Source: a virus. From it: DNA of 64,000 nucleotides. Position numbers and translations under genes: made by a program. The notes beneath the pieces are model-generated. The model was not told where the DNA came from, did no database searches, and was given only the letters and a program-made list of their open reading frames with translations. Location: positions 1-64,000 of the IMG/VR virus record IMGVR_UViG_3300031469_000005; one strand, given 5' to 3'. Shown here in pieces: positions 18,261 through 29,071 of this stretch (positions are counted from its first letter, which is position 1; the number at the start of each line of letters is the position of its first letter).

Positions 18261-20200
18261 CTCATAAATATGATGTAAATCGCTTGATTGTAAATGACAT
18301 TGAGATGAATTTTCGACTAATTAATGGATTTTCCTCCATTGAAATTGAAAGACTCTCTCAAGACAAAGATAGATTTAGTGTTCATTTTCACAAAATGATG
18401 GTAGGATGATTTATGGAACGGAGATCGTTTGAAAACTCGTAAACAATTACGCGAAGAGTACAGAAACGCTTGTCAGGAACGACAAGAGCTTTTCAAGAAG
18501 CTTTCGAAGAACGAAGGGAAGATCGGACTCGCTTTATGGAGCGATCCTCGAATGGTCGAAATTCACGCTGAGTGCGAACGCCTCGGCGGGGAATGGCGTG
18601 AATCAGAATGAATGCGAACATGATCACTGAGGCTCAAGCTCGTGTTCTATCGAATTCTGAGTTGTTGGCTGAGTTCGAGCAGGTCGCTGAAGATCAACGT
18701 GAATTCGATTGCACGAACGCACTGTCAGTTCTTCGCACGGAGCTAAAGCGACGTTTGAAGGTGAAGGTAAAATAAATGGCAAAAACTGATTGTTGTTCGA
18801 CGGTATCAATCGATAAGACGACGCTTCTCGAAATGTGCGAGAATTCCGTGAGATTCATCGAAATGCGGCGCGCTGAGCAAACGAAAGATCTTCAGCGGCG
18901 TCGTACTGTGTATAGTTTGTTGCCTTGGTACAAGAAGTGGTTCACGAACTTTGAAACTCATCCCGGCGAAATTCGTTGGATCTCTGGCGGTGATGTCTTC
19001 ATACTGTACGAATTCGCTGACCACATTTTTGATCAGATCAACGATCTGATTCAAGCATTGAAGGTTGAGACAACGAACGATGTTCGTGTTTCTGTCAAGC
19101 TTTTGAGCGAAATCAAGAGACACGGCGGCGTCTCGAACGAGAAATGATCTCCTTATCTGACAAGCGAAAGATCATCAGCAAACGATGCGTGATGAAATCA
19201 ATCCACATGCAACCAGCGGGATTGAGGCGTCTCGCAAAGTTCCTGAAACTTCGCACGCATTCCATGAAGACGCATCAAATTGCTGAGCTAGTATGGTGGC
19301 GATTATCAAAGTTTGAAAATGATAACAACATACGGTGAACTTCTTCCGGGCGATCTTTTAACTTATCGAGAATTGCCTCCTTGGTGCATCATTGCAATTC
19401 ACCACGTTCAATACGATTGTGAGAACTATTTTAGTGTCATATTGATCGTGTTTGAAACTGGTAGAAAATCCCAACCTAACAGCAGAATCATGAGGTATTA
19501 TGGAATGTCGGATGAAAAACACACGTACAATGTGCAAAGAATTCGTTCAAATCGTTAACAACAGGTACACGATTCTAGAAAGCCAGCATTGGACGTTGAC
19601 GATCGATGGTCGACCTTCGTACTGGTCACTGGGTCTTATACAGTTGAACCGCGCCAGCAAAAAGGTTCGATTGTTCTACTTGTCGTTGGGTCCAATCGAA
19701 CTTCGTCATTGCAACATTTCAAAGGGAAACCAGTAATGAAATGGGGAATGTACTCGAAGCAAGGATCCTATCTAAACGATTCGGGTGAGCTCGATGCGTT
19801 GCTTTTGCGCAACATCGACATTAATTGGAGGTTCGTGAAGAATGTTGATGATTTCGTCTTCATTGGTTACCAGTGGGTCGCGGATCGTTACGTGATGTAC
19901 ACGATCAAGAAAATTGTCGATTGAATTCCATCGACTCACTTTGCAGGTCGAATTCGAATTCTTCTCTGAGTGATTCACAGCCAGGTGATCTGTTCGTGTA
20001 CGTTGATGAGGTTCTTGATCAACGTTTCATCGTTTTCGTGATCTCAGGGTTGTTGGACGACGTTATCGTCATGCAAAATCTTCGTAATCGTGTGGTATTT
20101 GTGAAATTTTCCATTAACGGCAGTTTGTCAGGCATGATTTTCTTGTTGAAGGCCAAAACAGAGCGTCTGAACGTTTGAGGATCACGGGATAATTACATAC

Positions 20201-21136
20201 ATGAATTCTGAGCAGCAATTGCGTACCTTTATTAAGGAGGTTCTCAATAGAACGTTCAATCAAAGTATTTTTGATGATTTGTGCTCTCAGACAACGATGA
20301 CGTACGACAACACGAAAAACGTCATTAAGGACATCATTTTGAACGATCCGTCAAGTGATAAGCGGTATTCAAAGTGGATGATGAATGAATTCGAGCGTTC
20401 AGAAATGTCATCAAGCACGATGAGTAAGTACGTTCAAATTTTTGATGAAAATCGTGATCTGTTTGATGACAACATATATCAATTTTCATCATTAAGGGAG
20501 TTGATCGCCGCTTTGAAAGCTGCGAATCTCAACACGGAAATAGATCAAAACATTTTCAAATTTCCTTCACCCGAAGGTTTTGCTCAGTCTGTCGCGGATA
20601 ACATTCCTTCAGGTTCTTCAAATTCGATCAGGCCAATGGCACCTGAATTGATAATGATTAAATCGATGGAAAAGAAGGAACGTCAATTATCGAAATTGAC
20701 AAGCAAAAAACAGAAGGCCGCAGTGAAAATGTTCACGGGTTCGACGAACGATGATGAACAAAATTTGAAAGAATTCATTGACATTGCTATGTCGTCAAAT
20801 TGTACTTGTGATGGCACGTTTTTCAGAGGTATTCGTTTACCGGAAAATCAATTTTTGAAGTTATCAAAAAGTGGAACTTACAACCTTAATGAATTTGCAT
20901 CAGTGACAGCGGTCTCACAGGTCGCGGCAAGATTCGGTTATTCGTTCAAGCAAAAATCTTCCTACGAACTAGGAATCATTTTCATCATTCAAGCAAAGAA
21001 CGTGATTCCTATCTCGAAATTGAGCGATTACGCTTGGCAAGCGGAAGGATTGCTAGTGAATTCGACATTGAACATAGACAAAATCTACTACGATAAACGA
21101 ATCGACAGATGGTTGATAACGTGTGAAGAAGTTTAA
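20201..21136 (+). CDS. ADP-ribosyltransferase (R-S-E clade, Alt/VIP2-like)
   Basis: FFRGI, FASVT..VAARF and WQAEGLL motifs; N-terminal LRTFIKE; ATAATTA upstream. Confidence 0.7.
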   Translation: MNSEQQLRTFIKEVLNRTFNQSIFDDLCSQTTMTYDNTKNVIKDIILNDPSSDKRYSKWMMNEFERSEMSSSTMSKYVQIFDENRDLFDDNIYQFSSLRELIAALKAANLNTEIDQNIFKFPSPEGFAQSVADNIPSGSSNSIRPMAPELIMIKSMEKKERQLSKLTSKKQKAAVKMFTGSTNDDEQNLKEFIDIAMSSNCTCDGTFFRGIRLPENQFLKLSKSGTYNLNEFASVTAVSQVAARFGYSFKQKSSYELGIIFIIQAKNVIPISKLSDYAWQAEGLLVNSTLNIDKIYYDKRIDRWLITCEEV

Positions 21137-21396
21137 ATTTGAATGTTCAAACCGGGTGACGTTTGTCTTGTCATACAAGATTGGAGTTGTTTTCCTTTGC
21201 CGGGAGAGCAATTGGTTGACAGGATCGTAAGGAAGAACGATTTGTGTCTTGTCATTCAACACGATTCCAAGATCGTAGCACGAAATGAATTCAGCGATAT
21301 CAACGTTCTCGTTCTCATAAAGGGTCGTTTGGGTCGAATGAATGCTCGGGCAATCGCTCGTTACACGTTGGTCAGACAAGTTAGTAAGATTTGAAC

Positions 21397-22314
21397 GTGG
21401 CTAAACTGAAATCAAGGTCGGTCGTATCATCATCACCTTCCTTTCAGGAAGTGAAGAAATGGTATCATGACAATCTGCACCCCGATGCAAACAATTACGA
21501 TGATCCGAACGTGTATAAATACGTATACCACGAATCTCGCTTCGCAGGTATCTTTCAATGCACCTCGAGCGGTGCTCAAAAGTTCTTCGTAAGGGGGAAA
21601 CCTGAATCAATTACGGACATCGCCGCGCTAACTTCAATATATCGCCCGGGGCCGCTTTCTGCGAAAGTTGATCGCATATATCTTGACGCAAAGAACGGAA
21701 AGAAGTTCGAGTGGGGTCACCCCATCTTTGAAGAGGTTCTGGGTGATACGTACAACGCTTTGGTGTTTCAGGAATCCGTGATGGATCTTGCGGAAAAGGT
21801 CGGTGGTTTTCCTAAGGATCAGTGCGACAACGTTCGAAGGGCGATCATGAAACGTGATCATTCGAAGGGAGCCGCCGCGATCAAGGAAATGAAGGACATG
21901 GAGGAAGCCTTCGTAAAGGGTGCGATGGCGAAAGGTATCAAGGAAGAAACCGCAAAGAGAAGTTACGAGACGATTTGTTTCATGAGCGGTTACGGCTTCA
22001 ACAGATGTGTATCATTTCAACAACTTATAAACATTTACGGTGTCACCGGTCAAAAAGATGGAACCAAGAAACTCAAAGATGTCAAACCGGGAGATCTCGT
22101 TCTATCTCGTGACGAAAAAATAAAGAAGAACGTTCTCGTCAAGGTTAAAAAAGTCCATTTTAATGGAACGAAACCACTTGTTCGGGTTACATTGAAATCT
22201 GGAGAAGTAATCGAGTGTACGAGGGATCACAAGTTCAGGGTGAAGGAAACGGGACAGATGCTCCCACTTCACGAGATAATCGACCGACAACTTTCGATCG
22301 TGGTATCTTCTTAG
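21397..22314 (+). CDS. dnaE: DnaE fragment 2 (fingers) fused to split N-intein (22006..22311)
   Basis: AGIFQ, SIYRPGP, LVFQESVM, GYGFNR|CVSF..ECTRDHKF; start is GTG 21397 or TTG 21391. Confidence 0.93.
   Translation: MAKLKSRSVVSSSPSFQEVKKWYHDNLHPDANNYDDPNVYKYVYHESRFAGIFQCTSSGAQKFFVRGKPESITDIAALTSIYRPGPLSAKVDRIYLDAKNGKKFEWGHPIFEEVLGDTYNALVFQESVMDLAEKVGGFPKDQCDNVRRAIMKRDHSKGAAAIKEMKDMEEAFVKGAMAKGIKEETAKRSYETICFMSGYGFNRCVSFQQLINIYGVTGQKDGTKKLKDVKPGDLVLSRDEKIKKNVLVKVKKVHFNGTKPLVRVTLKSGEVIECTRDHKFRVKETGQMLPLHEIIDRQLSIVVSS
22006..22311 (+). mobile_element. Split intein, N-part (102 aa)
   Basis: Cys1 after FNR, block B CTRDH, then stop. Confidence 0.9.
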
Positions 22315-22322
22315 AGTGAACT

Positions 22323-23396
22323 ATGACATTTCTCAAAACAAGATTTACAAAAAAGATTGGTAAAAATAATCAATCTTACAAAAAAGTGATCAGCGAATAT
22401 TCGTGCGACTTTTGTAAATCATCGTTTGAACGTGGTGGTAAAGAAAATTCAAAGTATAGATACTGTGACAAATCTTGTCAAGATCAATCACGATGTAGAG
22501 GAACTTCTACGGGTGATGCGACAAGACTGAAAATTTCAAAAGCAGCAAACGAAAGATTTAATGATCCCATAAGGGGGTCATTACTTCGTGAAAAGCATTC
22601 GATTTCTATCAAGTTGGCACATCAAAATGATCCCACGATCGGTAAAAGATCCAAACAAACTTGTATTTTACGACACGGAAAATCGGCGTTGCAATTGGCA
22701 CGTAAATCATTTGTAGAAAAATATAATGTTTCCTCGCCTGGGTGTTTAAACCACGTTAAAGAAATTGCACGTGCCAATATGAAATCACTTCATTCTTCCG
22801 GGAGGCTAAAACAAGCTTTCATTGATTCAATGGGAGTTGATAATCCGTGGAAATCTCGTGTCGTTCAAGAAAAATGCAAAAAAACTTCTTTTGAACGTTT
22901 TGGAGTTCCAAATAGTTTCATGCTTGATGAAACAAAAAAGAATTCTCATTCGAAGGAATCAATGCAAAAACGACATCAAACAATGAAGAAAAATGGAACA
23001 TACCATACTTCGAATGCAGAGGAATTCATGTATGCAATTTTGTTGAATAATTATCAACACGTTGTTCGCCAACATAAATTTCCAATCGGAGGATTAAGCG
23101 ATTTTTACATTTCTTCGATTCAAACATATGTTCAGGTTGACGGTGATTATTGGCATGGATTTAATCGAACCATTGAAGAAGTTGAATTATTTGTTACTCC
23201 CCGTGATCGACAAATTTTTGTCACTATGAACAACGATTTGAAGCAAAATGAATTCTTCGCTTCAAGACAAACTGATTTTTGTTTATTTCGAATTTCAGAG
23301 TCAATCATAGTAAAAATGAAAGATCAACTAGAACAGATTACAATTGCTGGCATCGAAAATGCGAAACTTCTGGGATTGAATAAAATTTATGTCTAA
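22323..23396 (+). CDS. Free-standing homing endonuclease (Vsr/DUF559-like) between the intein halves
   Basis: SNAEE..SDFYI..YVQVDGDYWHG; TSFERFGV-type repeats; AT-rich. Confidence 0.8.
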   Translation: MTFLKTRFTKKIGKNNQSYKKVISEYSCDFCKSSFERGGKENSKYRYCDKSCQDQSRCRGTSTGDATRLKISKAANERFNDPIRGSLLREKHSISIKLAHQNDPTIGKRSKQTCILRHGKSALQLARKSFVEKYNVSSPGCLNHVKEIARANMKSLHSSGRLKQAFIDSMGVDNPWKSRVVQEKCKKTSFERFGVPNSFMLDETKKNSHSKESMQKRHQTMKKNGTYHTSNAEEFMYAILLNNYQHVVRQHKFPIGGLSDFYISSIQTYVQVDGDYWHGFNRTIEEVELFVTPRDRQIFVTMNNDLKQNEFFASRQTDFCLFRISESIIVKMKDQLEQITIAGIENAKLLGLNKIYV

Positions 23397-23499
23397 TATT
23401 CTCTCAGTTGAAGAAATTGGAAATCATGAAACTTGTGATCTTGAAGTTGATCATTGTGATCACCAGTTTTATCTCGCTAATGGTATTCTAACATCGAAC
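23389..23499 (+). mobile_element. Split intein, C-part
   Basis: Blocks F/G, terminal Asn followed by Ser+1 at 23500. Confidence 0.9.
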
Positions 23500-24429
23500 A
23501 GCCATGCCACGGCTTACGCTATTGATTCATATATGTGTTCCTGGCTCATGTACCATCACGAGACTCAATGGCTCACGGCTTACCTCGAATCAATGTCGGG
23601 TAACGACGATTCTCGTGCTAAGGCATTCGCTGAGGTTCGTGCAATGGGTTACGACATCGTTCCTATCGATATCATGCATGCAACCTCAGGTTGGACGGTT
23701 CTCCCCGGAAAAAAATTAATGCCAGCGCTGACGACCGCGAAAGGCGTTGGTGGTACTGCCGCAGAGGAATTGCAATCGCTTCGTCCGTTCGATTCATTCG
23801 AAGAATTGTTATGGGATGAGAATGGCACATGGCGTCTCGGCAAGTTCAATAAGCGCGCTCTCGAGGCGTTGATAAACGTCGAAGCCTTCAATAGCTTGGA
23901 TTGTGTAGGACCGGGAAAGTTGTTTGACAACTATAAACAAATGGGAATGATCGTGATCGATAGGATCAACGACATCAAGAAGACGACGAGGAAGGATCCT
24001 CATCTTGGAAGGAAACGTTTCTACGAACTTCTCCAAGAAACCCGAGGCGTGGAACCTTACACGAAGCTCGAACGCATCTTGCGAAGCATCAAACATTTCG
24101 GTACTGCGGACGTGAACATGATCATCTCCGAGGAGATGAAAAAAGGCTTGGCAAACATGGGTATCAAGTCGATCGACGAGTACGAAGAAAAGGGAACGTA
24201 CTGGTTTTGCATCGCTGAAACAACGCCCAAGCAATCGAAGACGGGGAAGAAGTACCTGATGTTGAAGGTACAGGGGCCGTCTGGAAAGACGTACAAGATG
24301 TTCATGTGGGGCTGGAACGGTACGAAGAAGTTCGATAAGTACGCTCTCATTGGAGCTGAGATCAGCAATGATCCAGAATTTGGTTTTTCGACATCAATGT
24401 TCAAAATGCGTGAACTTGACGACGGTTGA
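23389..24429 (+). CDS. dnaE: Split C-intein (37 aa) fused to DnaE fragment 3 (HhH/OB region)
   Basis: MSNILSVEEIG..CDLEV..HQFYLANGILTSN|SHATAYA; KGVG; FNKRALEALI. Confidence 0.93.
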   Translation: MSNILSVEEIGNHETCDLEVDHCDHQFYLANGILTSNSHATAYAIDSYMCSWLMYHHETQWLTAYLESMSGNDDSRAKAFAEVRAMGYDIVPIDIMHATSGWTVLPGKKLMPALTTAKGVGGTAAEELQSLRPFDSFEELLWDENGTWRLGKFNKRALEALINVEAFNSLDCVGPGKLFDNYKQMGMIVIDRINDIKKTTRKDPHLGRKRFYELLQETRGVEPYTKLERILRSIKHFGTADVNMIISEEMKKGLANMGIKSIDEYEEKGTYWFCIAETTPKQSKTGKKYLMLKVQGPSGKTYKMFMWGWNGTKKFDKYALIGAEISNDPEFGFSTSMFKMRELDDG

Positions 24430-24485
24430 AATTTAAAATGTAATGTCGTGCATTACGTGTTACGATGAACGTGTAAGGATAAAAT

Positions 24486-24866
24486 ATGACAAATTCAGAT
24501 CGAGTTTTTAAGAACGTTGTTAGGTCGATGATCGAACTTTACGAAAGTGGAAGAATCGGTTGGTGTCGAAAGTCAATTGCGAAGGATTCAAATGGGCGTG
24601 ATTGTGATATCAACGATCCAAACCTTGCGAGATGTTGCGTTCTTGGTTCGATGGATATCGTTATCAAGAATCGCCACCTCAGCAGAAAGGAAGAAGTCAA
24701 TCTTCAAAGTTTCGTCAGCTACCGTCTAACAACGGAGGCACGGAAATTGCCTTTGATGGGTGATCAAAATCGTATGAACCTATCAATTCCAGGTTTTAAT
24801 GACGGAGTTTGCAAACGAAAGTCTGATCTGGTTCGTTTTCTCAAGAAGGTTGTCAAGGAATCTTGA
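24486..24866 (+). CDS. Hypothetical phage protein
   Basis: GWCR..CCVLGS..FND pattern; promoter at 24438-24466. Confidence 0.55.
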   Translation: MTNSDRVFKNVVRSMIELYESGRIGWCRKSIAKDSNGRDCDINDPNLARCCVLGSMDIVIKNRHLSRKEEVNLQSFVSYRLTTEARKLPLMGDQNRMNLSIPGFNDGVCKRKSDLVRFLKKVVKES

Positions 24867-25430
24867 ATGTTGATGTCGTTCAAGAAAACGAAGAAGCCTT
24901 TTAAGCAACGGATCATAATCCTTGAAGGCGTCGACATGAGCGGCAAAACTGAAATTTCTCATGAACTTTCGAAACGTCTTGACATTCCCCGATTCAAGGC
25001 TTCAAACGAACACGATGTGTTCTTGAATCGTTCTGAGAACCACTTCATCAAGCACCTCCAGTATGCTGATCCCCGAGTCGTCGATCTTCTTTCACAGACA
25101 AAACAATCACTGATCATGGATCGTGCCTATCCTTCAGAATGGGTCTACAGTAAGGTCTTAGGACGTGAAACGGACGATCGAATGCTAGAAAAAATCGATC
25201 AATCATTTGCAAATCTCGGTGCGTGGATCATAATCTGTCACAGATCTTCATACGCATCGATCGTCGATGATCTCGATTCTTCAATCGATGCATCGGTTCT
25301 TGATCGTCTTGACAATGAGTACAGGCGTTTCTTGAAGTTCACGAAATGCAAGACGATGCTTTTGAATGTTGATGACGAGAACCTACAACGTGAAATCAAT
25401 GACATCATGTTCGTGATTGGAGATGAATAA
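24867..25430 (+). CDS. dNMP/thymidylate kinase-like
   Basis: IILEGVDMSGKT P-loop; IMDRAYPSEWVY. Confidence 0.85.
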   Translation: MLMSFKKTKKPFKQRIIILEGVDMSGKTEISHELSKRLDIPRFKASNEHDVFLNRSENHFIKHLQYADPRVVDLLSQTKQSLIMDRAYPSEWVYSKVLGRETDDRMLEKIDQSFANLGAWIIICHRSSYASIVDDLDSSIDASVLDRLDNEYRRFLKFTKCKTMLLNVDDENLQREINDIMFVIGDE

Positions 25431-25432
25431 GA

Positions 25433-26191
25433 ATGGGACTTGATTCCAGTAAACTTGCAAACAGCGTTCCCGAATGGATTAAACCAGAACTCGAAAAATC
25501 GAGAGGTGCGTTCACGAGTCATGAAACGTTCACGTATTCGCAATTAAAAGACGACTCATCATACAGGTGGAATACACCAAAAAATGTCACGATACAGTTT
25601 GTATCACGTAATCGCCACTACAACACGGATTCAAGATTCAGGATCGCGATCTACAGTGATATTGAAATCACGAATCAACGATTCTACATTGCATACGATG
25701 ATACGACGGGACATTACATTCAGGATCATCACACGTACCACATTCTAAGCAAGCATGATACGTTGAACGCCGCTCAAGTTTCAATGAGCAACCTTGCAAA
25801 AAAGCACTTTCAACCGATTCTTAGGGAAATTGCTCTTAAGAAATCTGAATCCATAATTGACACGCCCGGTCAACTTTGCAAGACACAAATCGGATTCAAC
25901 AATCGATGTCTACCGGTCCGTATCGGCGATCACGTGATTTACGATGACAAGATTTACAAGGGATGGATATTCGTTGTAGAACAGTAAGATTTACAACGGG
26001 TAGCAAAGTTACGAATTCATGCTGTGTACTGCGGTCTCGAACAAAAGAAACCTCGTATTAAGAGGATGTGCGTCAACTCGTATAGTTTGCAACATGTCGA
26101 CATTTTAGCTTTGGGCCAATCGTTTCAACGATTGAAAACTATCATTGACAACGTTGTCAAGGCAAAGCAGATGAATCATGAAAAAGAATGA
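25433..26191 (+). pseudogene. Hypothetical gene interrupted by an in-frame TAA at 25985-25987
   Basis: Same frame stays open after the stop (DLQRVAKLRIHAVY...) until TGA at 26191. Confidence 0.45.
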
Positions 26192-26751
26192 ACATATTTG
26201 CAAGTGGCATCTCATTCACCCTCGAGGCCTGAAATGTCATCCCGATTATGATTTCTGTATTGGGGGTGAATGTGGGGGTTCCGCACCGGATGAAACAAGA
26301 CAACGAGTCATTGAACAAGAATCGATTAATTCAGCCTTAACAACATTGCTTGCAATAAACGTAATTGTTCTTTTGGGAGGATTGGGTTATGAAATTCTGG
26401 CATTGTTTTGTTCAGTTATTTACATGACAATTTCAATGGTTGCCTTTCCTCTCATTCGAGCAATACGTTCTTCAAGAAAACGTTCCAACGGTAAAATTGG
26501 CACGTGGTAGTGACATTTTTTGTCGTGTATGATAAATTCAATCATGAACAAAAACGTCGTTCGCAAGAAGAACCTCATCGCATTCGTTCGCTCTCAAGGT
26601 GTCACCGACGGGAAGACGTTCAACGAGATCATGCGGGCTTACAAGAACGAAGTTTCCCAGTGGGGTGCGTACGGACGAAATTTTTCGTTTAACGAGCTCG
26701 GTTCGCACTTTTACATTTGGACACGACTCGGTAAGATCACAGAATCTATTC

Positions 26752-27090
26752 ATGCTTAAGTACTTACGAATTGCTTCACACGTCAGCGTCAAGGGAAATC
26801 AGTACCGTAGAGCGTACTTGGGCGCTATCGGTGTACGTTCCGACGGAACGGTCGTTCAATCGTACAACGGAAGTTCCTTTGAAAGGGCACCTGATGCTCA
26901 TGCTGAGGCGCGATTGTCGAGAAAGCTCGACCACGGTTCGACGGTGTACGTTGCCCGGACACGTCGCGATAATGGCAAGATTGCGATGGCGAAACCTTGT
27001 AAAATGTGTCAGGCCGTGATGAGGAATCGGGGAATCACGAAGGTGTTCTACACGATAAACGAAAGTTCCTGGGGAACGATTGAGCTTTGA
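26752..27090 (+). CDS. Zn-dependent cytidine/dCMP deaminase-like protein
   Basis: HAE and KPCKMC motifs. Confidence 0.8.
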   Translation: MLKYLRIASHVSVKGNQYRRAYLGAIGVRSDGTVVQSYNGSSFERAPDAHAEARLSRKLDHGSTVYVARTRRDNGKIAMAKPCKMCQAVMRNRGITKVFYTINESSWGTIEL

Positions 27091-27524
27091 AAAATTCATC
27101 CCGGGAAAGATCTACAGAATATCGTACGGATATTTGAAAGAGGTCGTTAGCGATTGCACGTGCATTGGTTCAGTTGATAACGAATCTGGATCATGGGTAA
27201 CGTTGCTCTACAACAATGGAACGATAACGAAAATGTTCATCTCAAAGTTCAAAGATGATCTGTGGGATCTGTATTCAAAATCGAGTGATCAACTTGGAAT
27301 GCGAGTCACGATTCTTTTAATTGAATGAAAACACGATTCAATGAACTTGTCCCCGGTGATATTGTCATCATCAATGATGACTTAATTTTGAGCAAAATTG
27401 ATCGTAAAATTTATCTCGTCATACAGTACAGTCATACGATGTTTTACGTATTGAACAATCAAGGCAAAATTGAACGATTTTCTTGTAAGGGTACGTTGTC
27501 ATTTTACAATTTAAGGTGTGTTAT

Positions 27525-28847
27525 ATGAGAATGCTAATTCAGACTCAATTGTCTTCAATTACACGTGAAGGTAGATTCGATCTTGCAACGGACTCTGGAT
27601 ACCAAATGGTCATGGGTCGTTGTCGAGCAATGCTAAAACTTGATCCCGATCTTCGCATCGATGTGATGTGTCCTCATGCGAAGGATTGTGTTCTTTCTCC
27701 GTACGATCTTAGTTCTGATCTCATCAAGAAGTTCGGAGGCAAGTTGAACTTCTTGCACCATACAATCCTGCCGAACGCTCTTGCGACTAGGTTCGATTTC
27801 AACTTTGATGATTTGAATCTGTTACTTTCAACGAACAAGATGAAATATGACATCGTCTATTTAAACGATCCGTTGCATCTCAGAAATTTCAAGGCCTTGT
27901 TCAATGCGATGGGGCACCGTCCCAAGTTTGTCGTTCATTCCCATTTCATTGACAACAAGTCTCGACCAAAGTTCAAGTTGTGGGCGGGAACTGAGAATGA
28001 AGAGATTTCACCTCTCTGGCATGGCCAGGTGGAAGCAGCAATCGGGGCCGATCTGAACTTTTGGCAATGTGAATCTGCGATGGATATTTTCTTCAATGAA
28101 ATGTCACACGATTACAGCAAGACGCTTCTCGAAGAGGTGATCGAGAAAAGTCATGCTTCTGATGATGGATATTCCTCTGAAGAGATCAACGTCTATCCCG
28201 ATGATTCAAAGATCAGAATTGATCAAGAGCGGTTTTACGACGCCATCGCTCAAACAAAACAACACCCCGAGGGGAAGGTTGTTTTGTTTGTTCCAAATCG
28301 TTTTGGTGATAACGAAAATTACTACACGAACGTCTGGCGATTCATGTTCAACGTTCTTCCGGAACTCAGGAAGCTTCGAGATGATTTTATCGTGATATGT
28401 GGGTGTTCATCCAAACGATTATCGAATGAACAACTCGAATCAACGTTGGGTCAGCACGGCTATTTTAGCGTGGTACCCGACAGTTTGAACCGTGATGAGT
28501 ACAAATGGATCGCAAAGAACTCAGACATCGTGGGTGCATTTTACTCTGATGATAGTTTTGGTGGGACAGCCAGTCGCGAATGCATCGATTTGGGAATGAT
28601 GCCGCTTTGGCTCGATAACTACGAGTACTCAACGATTTCACGCGAAGCAAATTATCCTCGTGAATTCATTGCAAATCCCGATTTTTCTGATCTTGCGCAG
28701 GCTGCAAGTCGATTGATTGATCATGTTAAACTTGGAAAACAAGGTGATGATTGGAACCGACTTCAAAAGGTAGTTCGTAAACGATCATCATACGAAGAAA
28801 CGATGGAAAAAGCATACGCTTTAATGAAAGGATTGTTCAATGAATGA
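27525..28847 (+). CDS. GT-B fold glycosyltransferase, candidate DNA glycosyltransferase
   Basis: YDIVYLNDP, LFVPNR, DSFGGTASRECIDLGMMP (GT4-like C-terminal motif); near the TS homologue. Confidence 0.7.
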   Translation: MRMLIQTQLSSITREGRFDLATDSGYQMVMGRCRAMLKLDPDLRIDVMCPHAKDCVLSPYDLSSDLIKKFGGKLNFLHHTILPNALATRFDFNFDDLNLLLSTNKMKYDIVYLNDPLHLRNFKALFNAMGHRPKFVVHSHFIDNKSRPKFKLWAGTENEEISPLWHGQVEAAIGADLNFWQCESAMDIFFNEMSHDYSKTLLEEVIEKSHASDDGYSSEEINVYPDDSKIRIDQERFYDAIAQTKQHPEGKVVLFVPNRFGDNENYYTNVWRFMFNVLPELRKLRDDFIVICGCSSKRLSNEQLESTLGQHGYFSVVPDSLNRDEYKWIAKNSDIVGAFYSDDSFGGTASRECIDLGMMPLWLDNYEYSTISREANYPREFIANPDFSDLAQAASRLIDHVKLGKQGDDWNRLQKVVRKRSSYEETMEKAYALMKGLFNE

Positions 28848-29071
28848 TATTGTGCACTTGATTGAGTACGCTTCACAACCTGATATTCAATTCGTTTGTG
28901 ACAAGGAATGGTCGACACCTTCGTGGCCTTCCGATGCCTGGAGAAAAGGCATTGTCTTGCCTGAAGGGATTTATCTCGCAGACAACAAGCGACGATACAC
29001 GTTTGAAAAAAGCAAGACAACTTGTGAATGTTGCCTGAAACTGGCAACGAAGAGTTTGTAGTATTTGTTAG

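Noticed and set aside
10345-21435. Giant self-splicing intron or excisable element joining dnaE fragments 1 and 2
   Set aside because: No group I/II core motifs or recombinase seen. The shared TATCATC at both ends would join the fragments out of frame. Not formally excluded without RNA data.
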